Source of the DNA: Octopus sinensis
Lineage: Eukaryota
Direction: 5' to 3'
Assembly: GCF_006345805.1 (NCBI RefSeq)
Contig: NC_042997.1
Coordinates: forward strand, 70,494,001-70,558,000
DNA length: 64,000 bases
In this document: in pieces, positions 12,178 through 26,339 of the stretch
Numbering within the stretch: the stretch's first letter is position 1
Layout of the letters: each line of letters opens with the position of its first letter
Notes under the pieces: generated by a model
The model's database searches: none
What the model saw: only the letters and a program-made list of their open reading frames with translations
Told to the model about the DNA's origin: nothing
Position numbers and translations under genes: made by a program

Positions 12178-14368
12178 TATGCAAAATAAGTTTAAAAGCG
12201 TGATTCGAATGTTGTTGATTAGTACCATTAAAGAAATTTGCAATTTACATTTTGTTATCAGCATGCATCGTATCTATAGCAACCACTGCTTTAACTTTAG
12301 GCAAAAGGCTACTTCAGGATTGTATAATTCACCGAAATAACCGGTTTATGAGTAATATTGAATAAAATTAATTCCTCGGGTAAAATTATCCACCATATAG
12401 TATATGGATGAATGTTTCAAATAGGAGGAAGGTTTGTCATTTACCACGCATTAGACACGAGAAGTGAACGCTTATCATATAAAACCAGAATTGAATAATG
12501 CTTCTTTGAGTCATTTTTATTCTGAAGCACTTCTGTGATTTTATCTTTTCAAAGATAACATTTCATTCCCCAAAATCTGTAACGTCGAACTGATGAATTT
12601 TGAATTTACTGTAACGAATTACTTGAAAAATTAAACACTTATGTACACGCACACATACACACAGGAGCACGCGATGTATGTGTAAAGGACAACAAAAGAA
12701 GTTACTCTATTTTCTGTCATACACCTCTTGCACTGTAAGTTTACGTTGCTTCATTGACCTGTGCCGCATACGGACGCCGCTTCCCGGTCAAGTTTAATAA
12801 TCTAGACCTTTTATTGGCATATGTCCTTTTGCTGTAGACCAATTTGAGTTCCTCGAGCTTTCACAATGCACAACTATTTCCAAGGTTGTACTTTATCATC
12901 ACCTTTCCTTTAAATTTTATACCTATCCTGCATACTATTTCTTCTGACAAAACATCTATTTATGATTCTACAACTACATTCAATTTCAATTGGGTGTACG
13001 GCGTTCAGGGATTCTAATTGTGACTAGGGATTTCTTATTCTGTATAACTACAGCAGACTTTAACATACATTTTATTGAAAATGCTTGATATATGTCAGAA
13101 GGATGGAAGTACCATTAAGATATAATTTGCTCAATAAGGTGAAAAGATGCCTATTATTTTCAGTGAGACTTACGTTTCTATATTGTCTAGAATTTTCGAT
13201 TCACTGTACGTATTAGAGCTATCGTCTTCGTTTGCATTTCTAAATACAAAACACCTATTGGTAGAGTCTGCCCACTAATTGTTTGGGTAAGCGTGGGTAA
13301 TGGAAATATGTGTACTTACTGCAGTTTACGATGTGAGATGCCAACCTATTCGTATTTCATATGCATAACTTACCTGAAGTAGTTTCCTTTATCAATATTC
13401 GGATACTCACTACATTCCATCTCTTTCTTTGTCTCAATTTATTATGCAGTCAAATACATTAAAATATGTTGCTCTTGGTTTTGCTTCGTCCCTTATTACA
13501 TTGTATGTTCTTTGACTAATATATTTCGTAAAAATGAAATAAAAATATCAAATGCAACGATTTTTCTTGTTCTTTTTCCACCACCTGAGTTACTTTGAAA
13601 GAAATTCTCACATACACTTGCTTAAAAAACAATTAAGCTCTATCAGTAGTTCGACATGTTTAAACAATGAAATATCTGAGAATGTAATCAGTGAAACTGT
13701 TGAATACTTGAAGGAAGCTTGGAGCGGATATCTAGTCATCAATATAGTGGTGTTCTTATCTTAATTGGTGTACACATACAGAGTTAAGTAAAATCACATG
13801 AACTCAACAGCACAAAAATAAAACCTATGTATGGGGAATGTATAATAAAGATGTTCTCTTAGTCTTGTTAGTATAGACAATGGAGATGTTCATAATGCTC
13901 TTTGTCATGTTTAATGCTTCCGAAAAGAAATATCTTTTGGAGAAAAGAAAGTTACCCAGGAATGTAGATTGCTGGATGTTGTATTGGAATATTCTTATTT
14001 GAAGTTATTGGGTATAAAATTTTGAAATGTGATTCTAGTATTTGGTTATTCACTGGATTCATGTAATTCGTTCATTTGCTCAGACTAGTAAAACACCAAG
14101 TAGTTTTCGAGCCTTTCAGAATTATTTCTATCGGTAGTTTTTGTCTGCAATTTATCAATTTGTCCCAATTATCAATTTGTCCCAAACCGATGTCTGTTCG
14201 ATGAGTCTGACTTAATGTCACAGATTTCATGATTTGTTTTGTTTTGTTTTTTTTTGCGTCGATATTTTTCTCACTTTTACAACTTTTGAATGAGTGGAAA
14301 TTCATGGCTTTCGATAAAGATTCTATTAAATATTAGAGTACATGATGTATATAGCTATTATTTTATTA

Positions 14369-14712
14369 TTTTATTTGTTTCAGTCATCTGACTGCTGCCA
14401 TGATAGATTACAGCATTTAGTTCAACAAAACGAACCGCTAAGTTATGGGGGCGTAAACAAACCAACAACGGTTGTCAAGGATGGTAGTGAAGAACAAACT
14501 TAAACACACACGCATACACATATGTATACACACACACACTCACACAGATATATATATATATATATATCTTGATACGACGGATTTCTTTCGGGGCTTTGGT
14601 CGGCCCGAGGCTATAATAGAAGACAATAGCCCAAGTGCCACGCAGTGGGGCTGAATCCGGAACCATGTGGTTGGGAAGAAAGCTGTTTACCATACAGCCA
14701 CGTATGTACCTA
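14369..14712 (-). mobile_element. tRNA-derived SINE family 1
   Basis: Reverse complement of head (gccacgcagtggg.ctgaa.ccggaaccatgtggttgg), central (CA)/(TA) spacer and tail. Confidence 0.85.
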
Positions 14713-15504
14713 CATGGGAATAATCTTTCCATACTTTCATTTTGACGTCAGTAACTGTACGTATGAAATTTCTGTTTTTCTTCTGCAAAGTAAACATAAT
14801 TTAAAGACTACTTTTACATCGCCTATCGTTTATTGATGACTTCATCCAAGTTTGTTAAAGACATCTTTTACATCGCCTATCGTTTATTGATGACTTCATC
14901 CAGGTTTGTTACCAGAAAGGTCTCTGTTTCCCTCTTCAAACGTCTAGGATCTTCTTAACTCCTTTGTGCCTCTTTTAAACTGTCCATATTTTGATATTCT
15001 CTATTCTCCCAAATACCTTCTTTCTAATTAACATCTATATTCTACCTTATTTTTAGTGCAATTCATATTTTGATTAGATACAGATGTTACATGCCGAAGT
15101 AATAATTCATCATTATTTATAGGATATGAAACTAGGTTTCGTCTTTCATTCGTGACATATTGCACAACATATTAAACCACTGCCTCCAGAATTTTAAGTT
15201 ACATAAATATGTATTACATACAATCGCGTATGAAATTTAAGAAACTTTATAATACTCGTAAATATTCGGATACAGTAATATATCTGAATCTGCCTTTCGT
15301 TAAATTTTTAGAAACATGTACTGTATGACAAAACAAAACTGGCCTTTCAATAATTGAATGAATAAATATATGTAATGTAAGGCTTGATTTTAACAATAGA
15401 TTTAAAGTTCATATAACTAAAGCTAGATAAACAGTCACTACTAATATAAGCAGATTTCGGGGCTGGTCTAATGAACTTCTTAATGTACTTTTCCCTTTTC
15501 TCTT

Positions 15505-15522
15505 CACGCACACACACGCGCG

Positions 15523-15574
<52 letters not shown>

Positions 15575-15589
15575 ACACACACACACACG

Positions 15590-15627
<38 letters not shown>

Positions 15628-15635
15628 CTCACACA

Positions 15636-15700
<65 letters not shown>
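15505..15700. repeat. Long imperfect (CA)n microsatellite
   Basis: Read directly from sequence. Confidence 0.95.
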
Positions 15701-15701
<1 letters not shown>

Positions 15702-15929
15702 ATATATATTTCAGCCGAAAATGGCCGATGCTATGTCTATATTAATAGCACCATCAAATAATATTTGTTAAGTCATCGAAATTTCTGGGTTCCATGGCCC
15801 ATTCAAGCAGGAAGTTGATGCTGTCTAAGACGTATCCATTTATGGGTGGTTTGTCAGATATCCCTCAAAGGAATACGTTCAGATATCATTTGAAGTTATG
15901 GGATCTATTCCTACTTTGAATTTCTTTGG

Positions 15930-16500
15930 TAGGTAGCCACAACATTAAGTAGAGCAAGGTCTATGTTAAATTGTGTCTATGCGCTATGATGCTGTATTGT
16001 GTAGGCAGGGAGTCCTGACTTTGGATGAATTGTAACTTGATGTTAAATCTGAGTAATTCTAGACCGGGAAATTTTGACGATCCAAAGGCTCACAATGTAA
16101 TGCACTTCGATATAATTGTTGAAGCGAACACTCCAGCTGATAGTTTTGTCAACAATCACTCTTGACTATCTGACACCAGTGCATGTCATGAATGGCTTTC
16201 CTGAAGAAGAATATATGCTTTTCCCTTTTTTAGCACATTATCTTTTCCAAAGTGCATGAATATCAATTTCGTTAATGTAGCAGTATATTGCTTCTGTTCA
16301 TTGGTTTGATGCTATTGATGTCGTTAGTATATACTATGAAGCGAAGTTGGCTCAGGACAGTGGTTAGAGGAAGACCATCGTTTGGCTTGCTGAAATTTAG
16401 TGGATGCCAACGATCACAATTTGTAGAGCGCTGTTTGCTAGGAAATATTGATCCAGTTAAGCAGTTTAGCACGGATTTCAATCTTAGACAAATTCAGGAT
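15930..16500 (-). mobile_element. Highly degenerate CR1/L2-type LINE RT fragment
   Basis: Minus strand: LLNWINI...DGLPLTTVLSQLRFIVYTNDI (cf. GVPQGSVLGPLLFLIYINDL), then MHFGKDN and IVDKTISW, typical CR1 RT motifs. Confidence 0.6.
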
Positions 16501-16672
16501 TTTCATAAATGGGAAAGAAAACACAATATCTTGTAAAGATAAAATTATTGCTGGGAGATAACAGTTTACTCAAAGTAGCCGTTCTCAGGTTCCAAGACAG
16601 CTCCGGAACGCGGCACATACGTTCCTCACTGTGTCCCCCGAAGGATTTTCGAACATCGGCATGATCTTGGCC

Positions 16673-16767
<95 letters not shown>

Positions 16768-16909
16768 GTATATGTATAAATAAACTATTCATAAATAAGG
16801 GCAAACGAAAAAAGTTCTAATGCCAAATATGCCGAAAAATTGGACATATTGTCCATTAACCATATAACCATGATGTATATATATATATGTATATATATAT
16901 ATGTATATA

Positions 16910-17016
<107 letters not shown>

Positions 17017-18532
17017 GGAACAGTTTATACATATATATGAGGGGCAAGCCGACTACGTTCTAATTTTTTATATTTTCTATGAAATATTTTTCATATCAGC
17101 GTACCAATCCGTTATGTTTGCTTAGGTGCAAAACATTCCTAATTCCATTATTCTGGCGTTTCAAGACATTCATGATCTCTTATTTAATTTGGAAATGTAG
17201 ACACGAGCAGCCAGTAGGTTCTGTCATTTGTTACAAAGCTACTTAGATATAATATAATGACGGGAAAACTCCTCTGTGCAGCATTATATCTTAGGGTATG
17301 TGCAAGCAGGTCTCATGGTATTATTGATACATGATTTTTTTTTGTGTATGTATCTTATGTATATATGCGTTTAAATTAAGTTGATGGCTTTTTATTAGTA
17401 ACGTTTGTATTGTATTCTCCTCACTTTTGTGTGGAATTCTCCATTTAATTGCTGTGCTGTCAACTAGTGTTTCCCCATCCAATTAAAAAACTTTGTGCCA
17501 CAATACAATGAGTAGCAATGGTTTGGTATTCTAGATACATGGCTAACGGATGAGAATCTCTTATACATATACGTCCTATTCAGCAGTGTACATCTTACAA
17601 ATATTATACTTGCACTGAAAATGTTCTAATAAACAACGCTAAAGTAGGTTTTGTGATTCCCTAATTCGTTGTTTCCACTTCATCAAGAAATGTTTCATTG
17701 TAATATTATTGTAATATAATGGAATATCGTGGATGCGTTAGGTGGATAGGTGTATTCATGTTTGTGGTCGGCTTTAAGAGTTTTTTTTATTGCTATATTC
17801 ATGTATTTGATTACAGAAGAGATTATGGTTCGTACATCATGTGCGTAGGTAGTATATTTTTTGTGATTCCGGCGTTCTTAGATTAATGTGAGTGTGTTGT
17901 TATATAGCTTCATTTATTTACATGGAAGTTTACACAAATGTACGTGTACATACATACATGTTTGATAAGGGCATGAAACTCTCCGCCCTCATGCGACAGT
18001 AAATTTTGTTGATTAAATAGGCGCAGACACAAAGGTGAGATGAAGAAGATCCCTTGCAATCATGTGGTTTCTGATTCAATTCCACATCGCGGATCCTAAA
18101 GTTGGCTGACTGAAACTGTATGGAAGCTTGTCTCTCTCTCCCTCCCTCTCTTTCGCTCTCTCTGTTTCTCTCTCTCTCTCTCTCTCTCTCTGTATATATA
18201 TATATACATATGTATATAAATGCAAACATACACACACACACTCACACACATAGATATGGTGGGGTGTATGTGTATGTATGTCTGTGTTTATTTCCCCACC
18301 ACACTGCTACAAAAATACTTTATATAAATAATTACTTGGGTCGATTTGTTCGACTAAACACTACAAAGCAATACCCAAGCATGGACGCAGTCCAATGACT
18401 TACGCATGTAAAACATAAAATATCTACATAAAATATCTACATATATGTATATATGTGAGTTATATCTATGTTTGATTGTATGTGCAAATATAAGTGTGTA
18501 TACTTGTGTGTGTGTTTATAGATATGTTTATT

Positions 18533-18579
<47 letters not shown>

Positions 18580-19070
18580 AGAGGAGATGAATATGAGAGA
18601 GAGAGCTAGATAAATAGATATGTAACACAGAAGAAGCGGATGTCTCTTAATATCATGCGCTTTTCTTACGCACTCTTCAACGGTTGTGAGAGTGAAGTAA
18701 AATTACGTGTGTGTGTATGTGTGTGTATATATGTGTGAGTGTGTGCGTGTGTATGTGTGAGTGTGTGTATATTATCCATATCTACGAACTATATATCTAT
18801 TTGTTCGTGTGTGCATGTGTGTATGCATATATATATGGGCTCGCAAACACGCACACGTATACACCTTTACACGCATGCGTTAGATATATGTAGGTATCAT
18901 GCTCCATTTTATATATTCCAGATTGTATTTCCTTCATGCCCAGTGGGAGACAAATAGTTGATAAAAATGCAATTATTTATTATTATGTACTTATTTTTTT
19001 CCAGTCGTATGGAACGTTTTCTCTGGGGTTACAAACAATGATATTTTGCTATTCACGAAGTAAAACTAAT

Positions 19071-19133
<63 letters not shown>

Positions 19134-19251
19134 CTGTGTGTGTGGGGGGTATACTTATATTGTGACTTTATATATTCCTATATATATATACATATATATA
19201 TGGTGTGTGTGTGTGTATACACACATGGGAGTATGTTTGCGTATAAAATAT

Positions 19252-19299
<48 letters not shown>

Positions 19300-19312
19300 G
19301 CATATATATATG

Positions 19313-19346
<34 letters not shown>

Positions 19347-19455
19347 AAGAAAGAGAGAGACACAGAGACAGAGACGGATATAGGGAGACCAGACAGACGG
19401 ACATATATACAGACAGACAGACAGACAGGCACGCAGACAGACACACTGATAGAGG

Positions 19456-19500
<45 letters not shown>

Positions 19501-20541
19501 GAAGATTCTGGTAAAATCTTTGTCGAATGCTATGCAGAGCTCTTTCAGCTTTATTGGCTACTTCATGTGATCATACAGAAGAAATGCTCCTAGTATATAT
19601 ACATCCGTAATTCTATCGTATCCGTAGAATTTACATAGACAAATTAAATGAAATGAAATTAAAGACATTCTCTATTTAAAAATCACAATCGTTTCGACAC
19701 CCGTAGTACATAGGTGAGATGCAATCATTATTTTACAGCCAAGGTGTACAATGCACTTCCTCTATTGATTGTTTGAAATAAATACTTCGTTAGATCTTCT
19801 CGCCATTTCACTCTGATAACGAGTGATGCGTCATACTCAGCAGTCCGCAGTCAAAACAAAAATAATACATACTATAAATGACAAAATAAAACTACAATCA
19901 AAATATAAAATACATATATAAAATTACACAAAAGAAAATAAGAGGGTCAGAGTATAAATCAATTTCTATTCTATCTAGAGGTCAGATTATAAGGAAGAAA
20001 GTATTAGATTGAAGAATAAAATGAAGAATAGAATAAAACGTTTATAGATAATAACGTGATAAGTAGGTCGAGACTGACCATATCAGTACATGGCAACGAT
20101 TTGCTTGTCTCCTTTAAGGGTCGAAATTGCCTTCCCTCTACCCCTACAAAATAACTGTTCTACCCTAGAACTAGAATGAGTCTCTATTTAAAGTTAATTT
20201 ATTACCGTCTAGTTTTTATACGCATCTTTGAAATGATAAGAAAAGATAAGCTAGTGTGTATCTTACCCCGCTCTGCACACACACACACACGCACACACAC
20301 ACACAAATCACACACACACACACACACACACACAAATCACACACACACACGTACGCATACATGCTTCTTCGTAATAATTTCTAAAGAAAAAGTAAAACAT
20401 TGTATGGAATTACCTATTTGTATAAGCACATATATACACCTGTTATGTACAATCACATCATTTGTAAATTGCATAGCTAGATAATACAATACCACACAGT
20501 TAACCAGAATAAGCAAATAATAATAATAATAATAATAATAA

Positions 20542-23500
20542 CACGGAGGGACGTTTAACAGAATACCGGAGGACGTTTAACATGTGAGACCGATAAAACA
20601 GTGCTCCAAAATCTATCCACAAACATCGGAAACAAAGACATCGCATGGAGCCAAATAATAACTGACAAAGGATTGTGCTATATCCGAGTAAGTAACACTC
20701 ATTGAAATTTATTGCTATTTTCGAAACGAAATAAGGTATTTTAACTTGATATCATCTCCAACCATGTAAACATGCTTGATACATTACGCTCCATCAACAG
20801 ATCATCTCCGGCCCCAAATACTATGTACAAAAAAACTACGAATAAATTAAATAATACCGGTATTATTCAACCCAAGAATAACAATCGAGAAGTACGTACT
20901 TTAAATTTGTTACACAAAAAGTGCGAAAAACTACACGTGCAAAACAATGTGACAACAGAAATGAACGGACCGGTACCCTACGAAAATGACGACCGTCAAA
21001 ATAATGGGACGGACGTTGTTCCTCATGTCCCGCAAATAAAACCAAAAAGGCATAAATGGACACGTGAGGAATACATTTCAATCCTACACACATACTTTAC
21101 AGCAGTGCTCTACCCAAAGAACGAAAACGCAACAACATATACATATAAAATATGGAAGAAAATTAACATAGATAAAGACTTGGATACAGCAATGAACCCT
21201 AATAAAGTAGCTAACGTACGAAGATATATTCTCAACGCAAAAAATTATCGGAAATAGAAATAGAACATTTAAAAGAAAAAATACACCAGGAAAATGTAGA
21301 TAGAAGCCACACAACAATGCCAGATAGTAAAACACGAAGACAAACGTAACATTTCCAACAAAAACGATGTAAACAAAAAACAACAAACCCAGACCGTAAG
21401 GATGCATAATAATGCGCGACAAGCAGCAAGCCAAAACACGGCAGACAAACATACGAATGAGAAAGAAAGCGACACAAATCTAAAACCTGGAAACAACGAA
21501 GGGGAGCCTAATGATTATGATACTATAAAAAGTAGAATAATCAAAGAACTGAAAAACACAGATCTCAAAATGGACCTCCGACCATACCTCCCAAAAATCA
21601 AAATAGACTAAAAAAAACAACATCAATTATAAACAGCATAAACCTAGCCGTTACAGAACTAATAGCCACTGAAACAAAACGCGATATCACTGAGCTAAAT
21701 AACTAAGTATATGCAGCAGCTACTGCAGCCACAAAAGAAGCTGGATACTCCCTCAAACCCATCCAAACAGGAGAACCCCCACCCAAACAAACCATGTGGA
21801 TAAATAGCATAAAAAAAATATATACAAAAAATGAGAAAAGATCTGTCGATTCTTAATGAAATAAGTAGAAAATCAACGCTACTAAGCAACAAAAATAAAA
21901 CAAAAATACTGTGCAAATACAACATCACAGAAAAAGATTTACCTGAGATAAAAGAAAACCTAAAGCAAGATATCCTTGCCAAAGCACAAAGGATCCGCCG
22001 GTATGAGAAACCGCAACGTTTCTTTGAACAAAACTTCAACCCCAAAAACTTCAACTTCAACCCAAAAAGTTCTACCAAGAACTTGGCAAAAATAAAATAG
22101 ACATCACTGCAGCACCAACGGCAGAAGAAGTGGAAGAATTCTGGAAAGAAATATGGTCGGCGAATGAACAACTAATAAAAAGGAGTATTAAACAACAAAC
22201 TCAGCATCTGAGCAACTTTGGACCCCCATAACAACTGAAGAGGTCACCCAGATACTGCAAAGACTAAACAACTGGAAGGCACCTGGACATGACAAGATCC
22301 CCGAATTCTGGTTGATATATCTGACAGGAATGCACAAAAAGCTGGCTGAAAACTTTAACAACATACTGGCAGAGCCAAAGACAATGCCTGAATGGCTCAC
22401 GAAGGGGAAAACCATCTTAATTCCCAAATCAAATGAGACAGCAAAACCAGAAAACTACAGACCTATAACCTGTCTCCCTACAATGTACAAAGCATTCACT
22501 GCAGTAATATCACAAAGATTAAACAAGCACCTGGACGAAAGCAACCTGTTTCCAGAAGAGCAGAAGGGATGCCGCAAAGGCTCATATGGCTGTAAATATC
22601 AACTAATGATCAATAAAGCCATAACTGAAGACAGCCACAGAAAGAAGAAATGCTTCAGTATGGCCTGGATCGACTACTGAAGGCTCGAAACACTAGCCAT
22701 TAACAAATTATCACCAACAATTATAAAATACATAGGACACTCAATGAATAAATGACAGACAGTGCTACAGCTCCAAACAAAAGAGGGACTCGTGAAAACC
22801 AAAGCCATCCACATTAGAAGAGGAATATTCCAGGGAAACACGCTCTCTCCACTCCTTTTCTGCGTGGCACTGTCACCTCTATCTAATATGCTAAATAGAA
22901 TTGGATGCGGATATAAACGTTACGGCATAACGATCAGCCACCTTTTATATATGGATGACCTAAAACTATACGCTACAAATGACAAACAGCTGGAAACACT
23001 ACTAAAGACAGTTCATGGATTCACCAAAGAAATAGATATGAAATTTGGATTAGAAAAATGCGCCAAAATAACCTTGAAAAGAGGAAAACTAGTTAAGAGT
23101 AGCACCATCACACTAGATAGAGCCAATGAAATAAGAGAATTAGACCAAAGCCAAACTTACAAATATTTAGGAATCATGAACTAGATAACACAACACACAC
23201 AAATGAAAGAGAAAATAAAGAAAGAATACTATAGACGAGTTAGATCAATACTAAAACCAGAGCTCAATTCTAAAAACAAGATAATAGGTCTTAACACTTT
23301 AGCCGTCCCAGTTATAGGTTACAGCTACAATATCCTTAACTGGACGCTAAATGAACTAACCAAAACAGTTCTGCAATGAGGGAGTATGGAGCAGGATGAT
23401 GAGCAAGAAGACGACGACGATGACGACGAAGAAGAAGAAGAAGAAGAAGAAAGAAGAAGAAGAAGAAGAAGAAAGAAGAAGAAGAGAAGAAGAAGAGAAG

Positions 23501-24520
23501 AAGAAAAGAAGAGAAGAAGAAGAAGAAGAAGAAAGAAGAAGAAGAAGAAGAGAAGAAGAAGAAGAAGAAGAAGAAGAAGAAGAAGACACAATAAAAGCTA
23601 TAAAGCAAATGAAATCAAAACTAAAACTAGAACAGCAACGGACCATGATAAAACGATTGCAAGAAAAGCCCCTTCATGGCAAGTACTGGACTAAACTAAA
23701 TGCAAAAGAAATAGACAAAGAAAAATCCCAGCAGTGGTTCAGAATCTCAGGACTCAAAGCAGAGACAGAGGGATTTTTAATTGCAGCACAAGACCAAAGT
23801 CTCCCCACCAGAAATTACCAAAAACATGTAATGAAAAGAAATATAACAAGTAACAGCAGAATATGTGGAGATGGACAAGAAACAATAAATCATATTATCT
23901 CTGGCTGCTCAGTCCTGGCTAAGAAGGAATATATTCACAGTCACGACAGAGTTGGGACCTACATACATCGGAAGCTATGTCAACATTATGGAATAACAAC
24001 AGAAAAAAGATGGTATGGGCACACCCCAGAAAAGGTCACAGAAAACGAGAAAGCAACCATACTCTGGGTTATGCCAATACACACGGATAGAGAAATTAAG
24101 GCCAACAGAACAGATAGAGTTGTCAGAGATCATGAAGAAAAAATGCTTTCTAATTGATGTATCAATATCAGCAGATGACAACGCGTCTCTAAAAGAAATG
24201 GAGAAATTTTCAAAATACAAAGACCTGGAAATAGAGGTAACTAGAATGTGGAATCTAAAAACAGAAACAATTCCTATCATAGCAAGTGCATTAGGCATGA
24301 TAAAAAATATTCAGACAAATACATAACAAAAACACCAGGACTTACAAACACATATAACATACAGAAAATTGCACTACTAAGCACTGCACACAACCTACGC
24401 TGAACACTTTCAATACAGTAACCATCAGAACATCGCAACAAATCACAGCACATAGCCAAGGCACACAGAGCTGCGCTGTGTAGTGAAGTAAAATCACGTT
24501 ATAAAAATAAAACTACTGAA
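20542..24520 (+). mobile_element. Near full-length R4/Dong-clade (RLE) non-LTR retrotransposon, disrupted
   Basis: Single long ORF in fragments, 20772-24420. N-terminus RHKWTREE; RT WLTKGKTILIPK..ENYRPITCLPT..EQKGC..AWIDY..GIFQG..LSPLLF..HLLYMDDLKLY..YKYLG; C-terminus LHG..AAQDQ..ETINHIISGC..HD..TD..IDVS..KYKDL. 5' flank (TAA)n at 20517-20541; 3' tail (TGA)n(TAA). Confidence 0.93.
23367..23586. repeat. (GAC)/(GAA)n-rich tract replacing part of the Dong ORF
   Basis: Non-homologous purine-rich block between WTLNELTK and TIKAIKQMK; (GAA)n core at 23428-23586. Confidence 0.9.
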
Positions 24521-24551
24521 TGATGATGATGATGATGATGATGATGATAAT

Positions 24552-25108
24552 AAATGCCCTGATGCAGTACCAGGCACTGGCTCCCATGGTTTCTGATCTT
24601 AACTTATTGGAAGTGTTATTATGTATATTGTTTTTTCTTGGTATAAAAGATGGGCTACAGCAAATATTCAGCTCAGTACTACAGATTTGCTTGTCAATTG
24701 TTTGATCTTAACCAGTCGAGCATGTCCCTTAGTGGCTGAGAATATGTATATCTCTGATGACGAGCAGAAATAGTGGGGGAGCATCATAGCCATGTGTTGA
24801 GCATGATCCTTTGGAGTTTGAATAATTCGCCTCTGGAAACATGGGTGTTTCGTTCAACAACCTTAAAAACCTTTATTCAGGGAACTTTTGAGCGGGATGG
24901 ATTACTCGACAAGAAGAAAATTCTCACTGGGCGCCACCTGCAAGGTCATGCGCTGTCTATCTTGATATGAGATCACCATGTCACGCACATATCATTGTCA
25001 TGCATGTGCCTAGCGTACCCTTATCAGACGGGTAGTCATGATGGGTACACTGAGCTTCGTATATTTTACACCAGTGTCACTTTGATGGCATACACTGCCC
25101 TGTCACTC
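24552..25108 (+). mobile_element. ~560 bp non-coding retroposed element, copy A (full length), (AAT)n tail
   Basis: Starts aaatgccctgatg, ends ...tgtcactc then (AAT)n; homologous to copies B and C; no tRNA A/B box seen. Confidence 0.85.
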
Positions 25109-25181
<73 letters not shown>

Positions 25182-25300
25182 TTAATAATAATAACAATAA
25201 TAATAATAATAATAATGATAGTAATAATACTAGTAATAATAATAATAATAACGATAATAATAATAATAATAATGATAATAATAATAATAACAACAACAAC

Positions 25301-25372
<72 letters not shown>

Positions 25373-25373
25373 T
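25109..25373. repeat. ~265 bp imperfect (AAT)n array
   Basis: Read directly from sequence. Confidence 0.97.
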
Positions 25374-25604
25374 AAGGGACCTTTTGAGCGGGATGGGCTA
25401 CTCGACCAGGAGAAAATTCTAACTGGGCCCCACCTGCAAGGTCATGCGCTGTTTATCTTGATATGAGATCACCATCTCGCGCACATATGGATGTGATGCA
25501 TGTGCCTAGTGTACCCTTATCAGTCGGGTAGTCATGATGGGTATACTGGGCTTCGTATATTTTACCCCAGTGTCACTTTGATGGCATGCACTGCTCTCTC
25601 ACTC
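25374..25604 (+). mobile_element. ~560 bp element, copy B (5'-truncated), (AAT)n tail
   Basis: Begins at gggaccttttgagcgggatgg, ends cactc(AAT)n; matches the 3' 230 bp of copy A. Confidence 0.85.
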
Positions 25605-25628
25605 AATAATAATAATAATAATAATAAT

Positions 25629-25765
25629 CATTTCTACTCTAGGCAAAATGCCCAACATTTTTAGGGAGGGGGCCAGTCGATTAGATCGACCCCAGTACGC
25701 AACAAGTACTTAATTTATCGACCCCGAAAGGATGAAAGGCAAAGTCGACCCCGGTGGCATTTGAA
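25629..25765 (-). mobile_element. SINE family 2, 5'-truncated
   Basis: Reverse complement: gtcgactttgcctttcatcctttcggggtcgataaattaagtac...ctggggtcgatctaatcgactgg, ending in the (ATT)n. Confidence 0.85.
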
Positions 25766-26303
25766 ATGCCCTGATGAAGTACCAGGCACTGGATCTCATG
25801 GTTTCTCATTTTAACTGATCGGCAGTGTTATCATATACATTGTTTTGTCTTGGTATAAAAGATGGGCTACAGCAAATATTCTACTCAATACCAGAGATTT
25901 GCTTGTCAGTTGTTTGACCATAACCGGTTGAGCATGTCCCTTAGTGGCTGACGATATGTGCATCTCTGATGTCGAGCAGACGTAGTGGGGGGCATCATAG
26001 CCATGTGTTCAGGGGAATTCTATGCGGTCTGGATAATGCACCTCTGGAAATATTTTTACATAACCCTTCTTCAGGGACCTTTTGAGTGGGACGGGTTACT
26101 CGACCAAAAGAAAATTGTAACTAGACTCCACCTGCAAAATTCATGCGCTGCTTATCTTGATCGGAGATCACCATGTCACGCACATATCATTGTCATGCAT
26201 GTGCCCGGCGTACTCTTATCAGACGGGTAGTCATGATGGGTATACTGGGCTTCGTATATTTTACCCCAGTGTCACTTTGATGGCATACACTGCCCTGTCA
26301 CTC
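25764..26303 (+). mobile_element. ~560 bp element, copy C (same 5' start as A, small internal deletion)
   Basis: Starts aaatgccctgatg, ends tgtcactcaat. Confidence 0.85.
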
Positions 26304-26339
26304 AATGTAAAAAAAATAAAAATAAAAATATAATAATAA

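Noticed and set aside
13372-13430. Minus-strand ECSEYPNIDKGNYF before a CAG|GTAAGT donor, resembling a Sushi-domain start
   Set aside because: No usable acceptor, and in-frame stops lie just upstream.
14802-14910. 54 bp tandem duplication (also a 17 bp one at ~14152-14185)
   Set aside because: Ordinary local duplications with no further structure.
24875-24960. Possible HDV-like ribozyme in the 560 bp element (GACCUU pairing with AAGGUC around GGGCCCCACCUGC)
   Set aside because: The GG needed for P1.1 after P1 is missing, and no convincing P2/P4 could be drawn.
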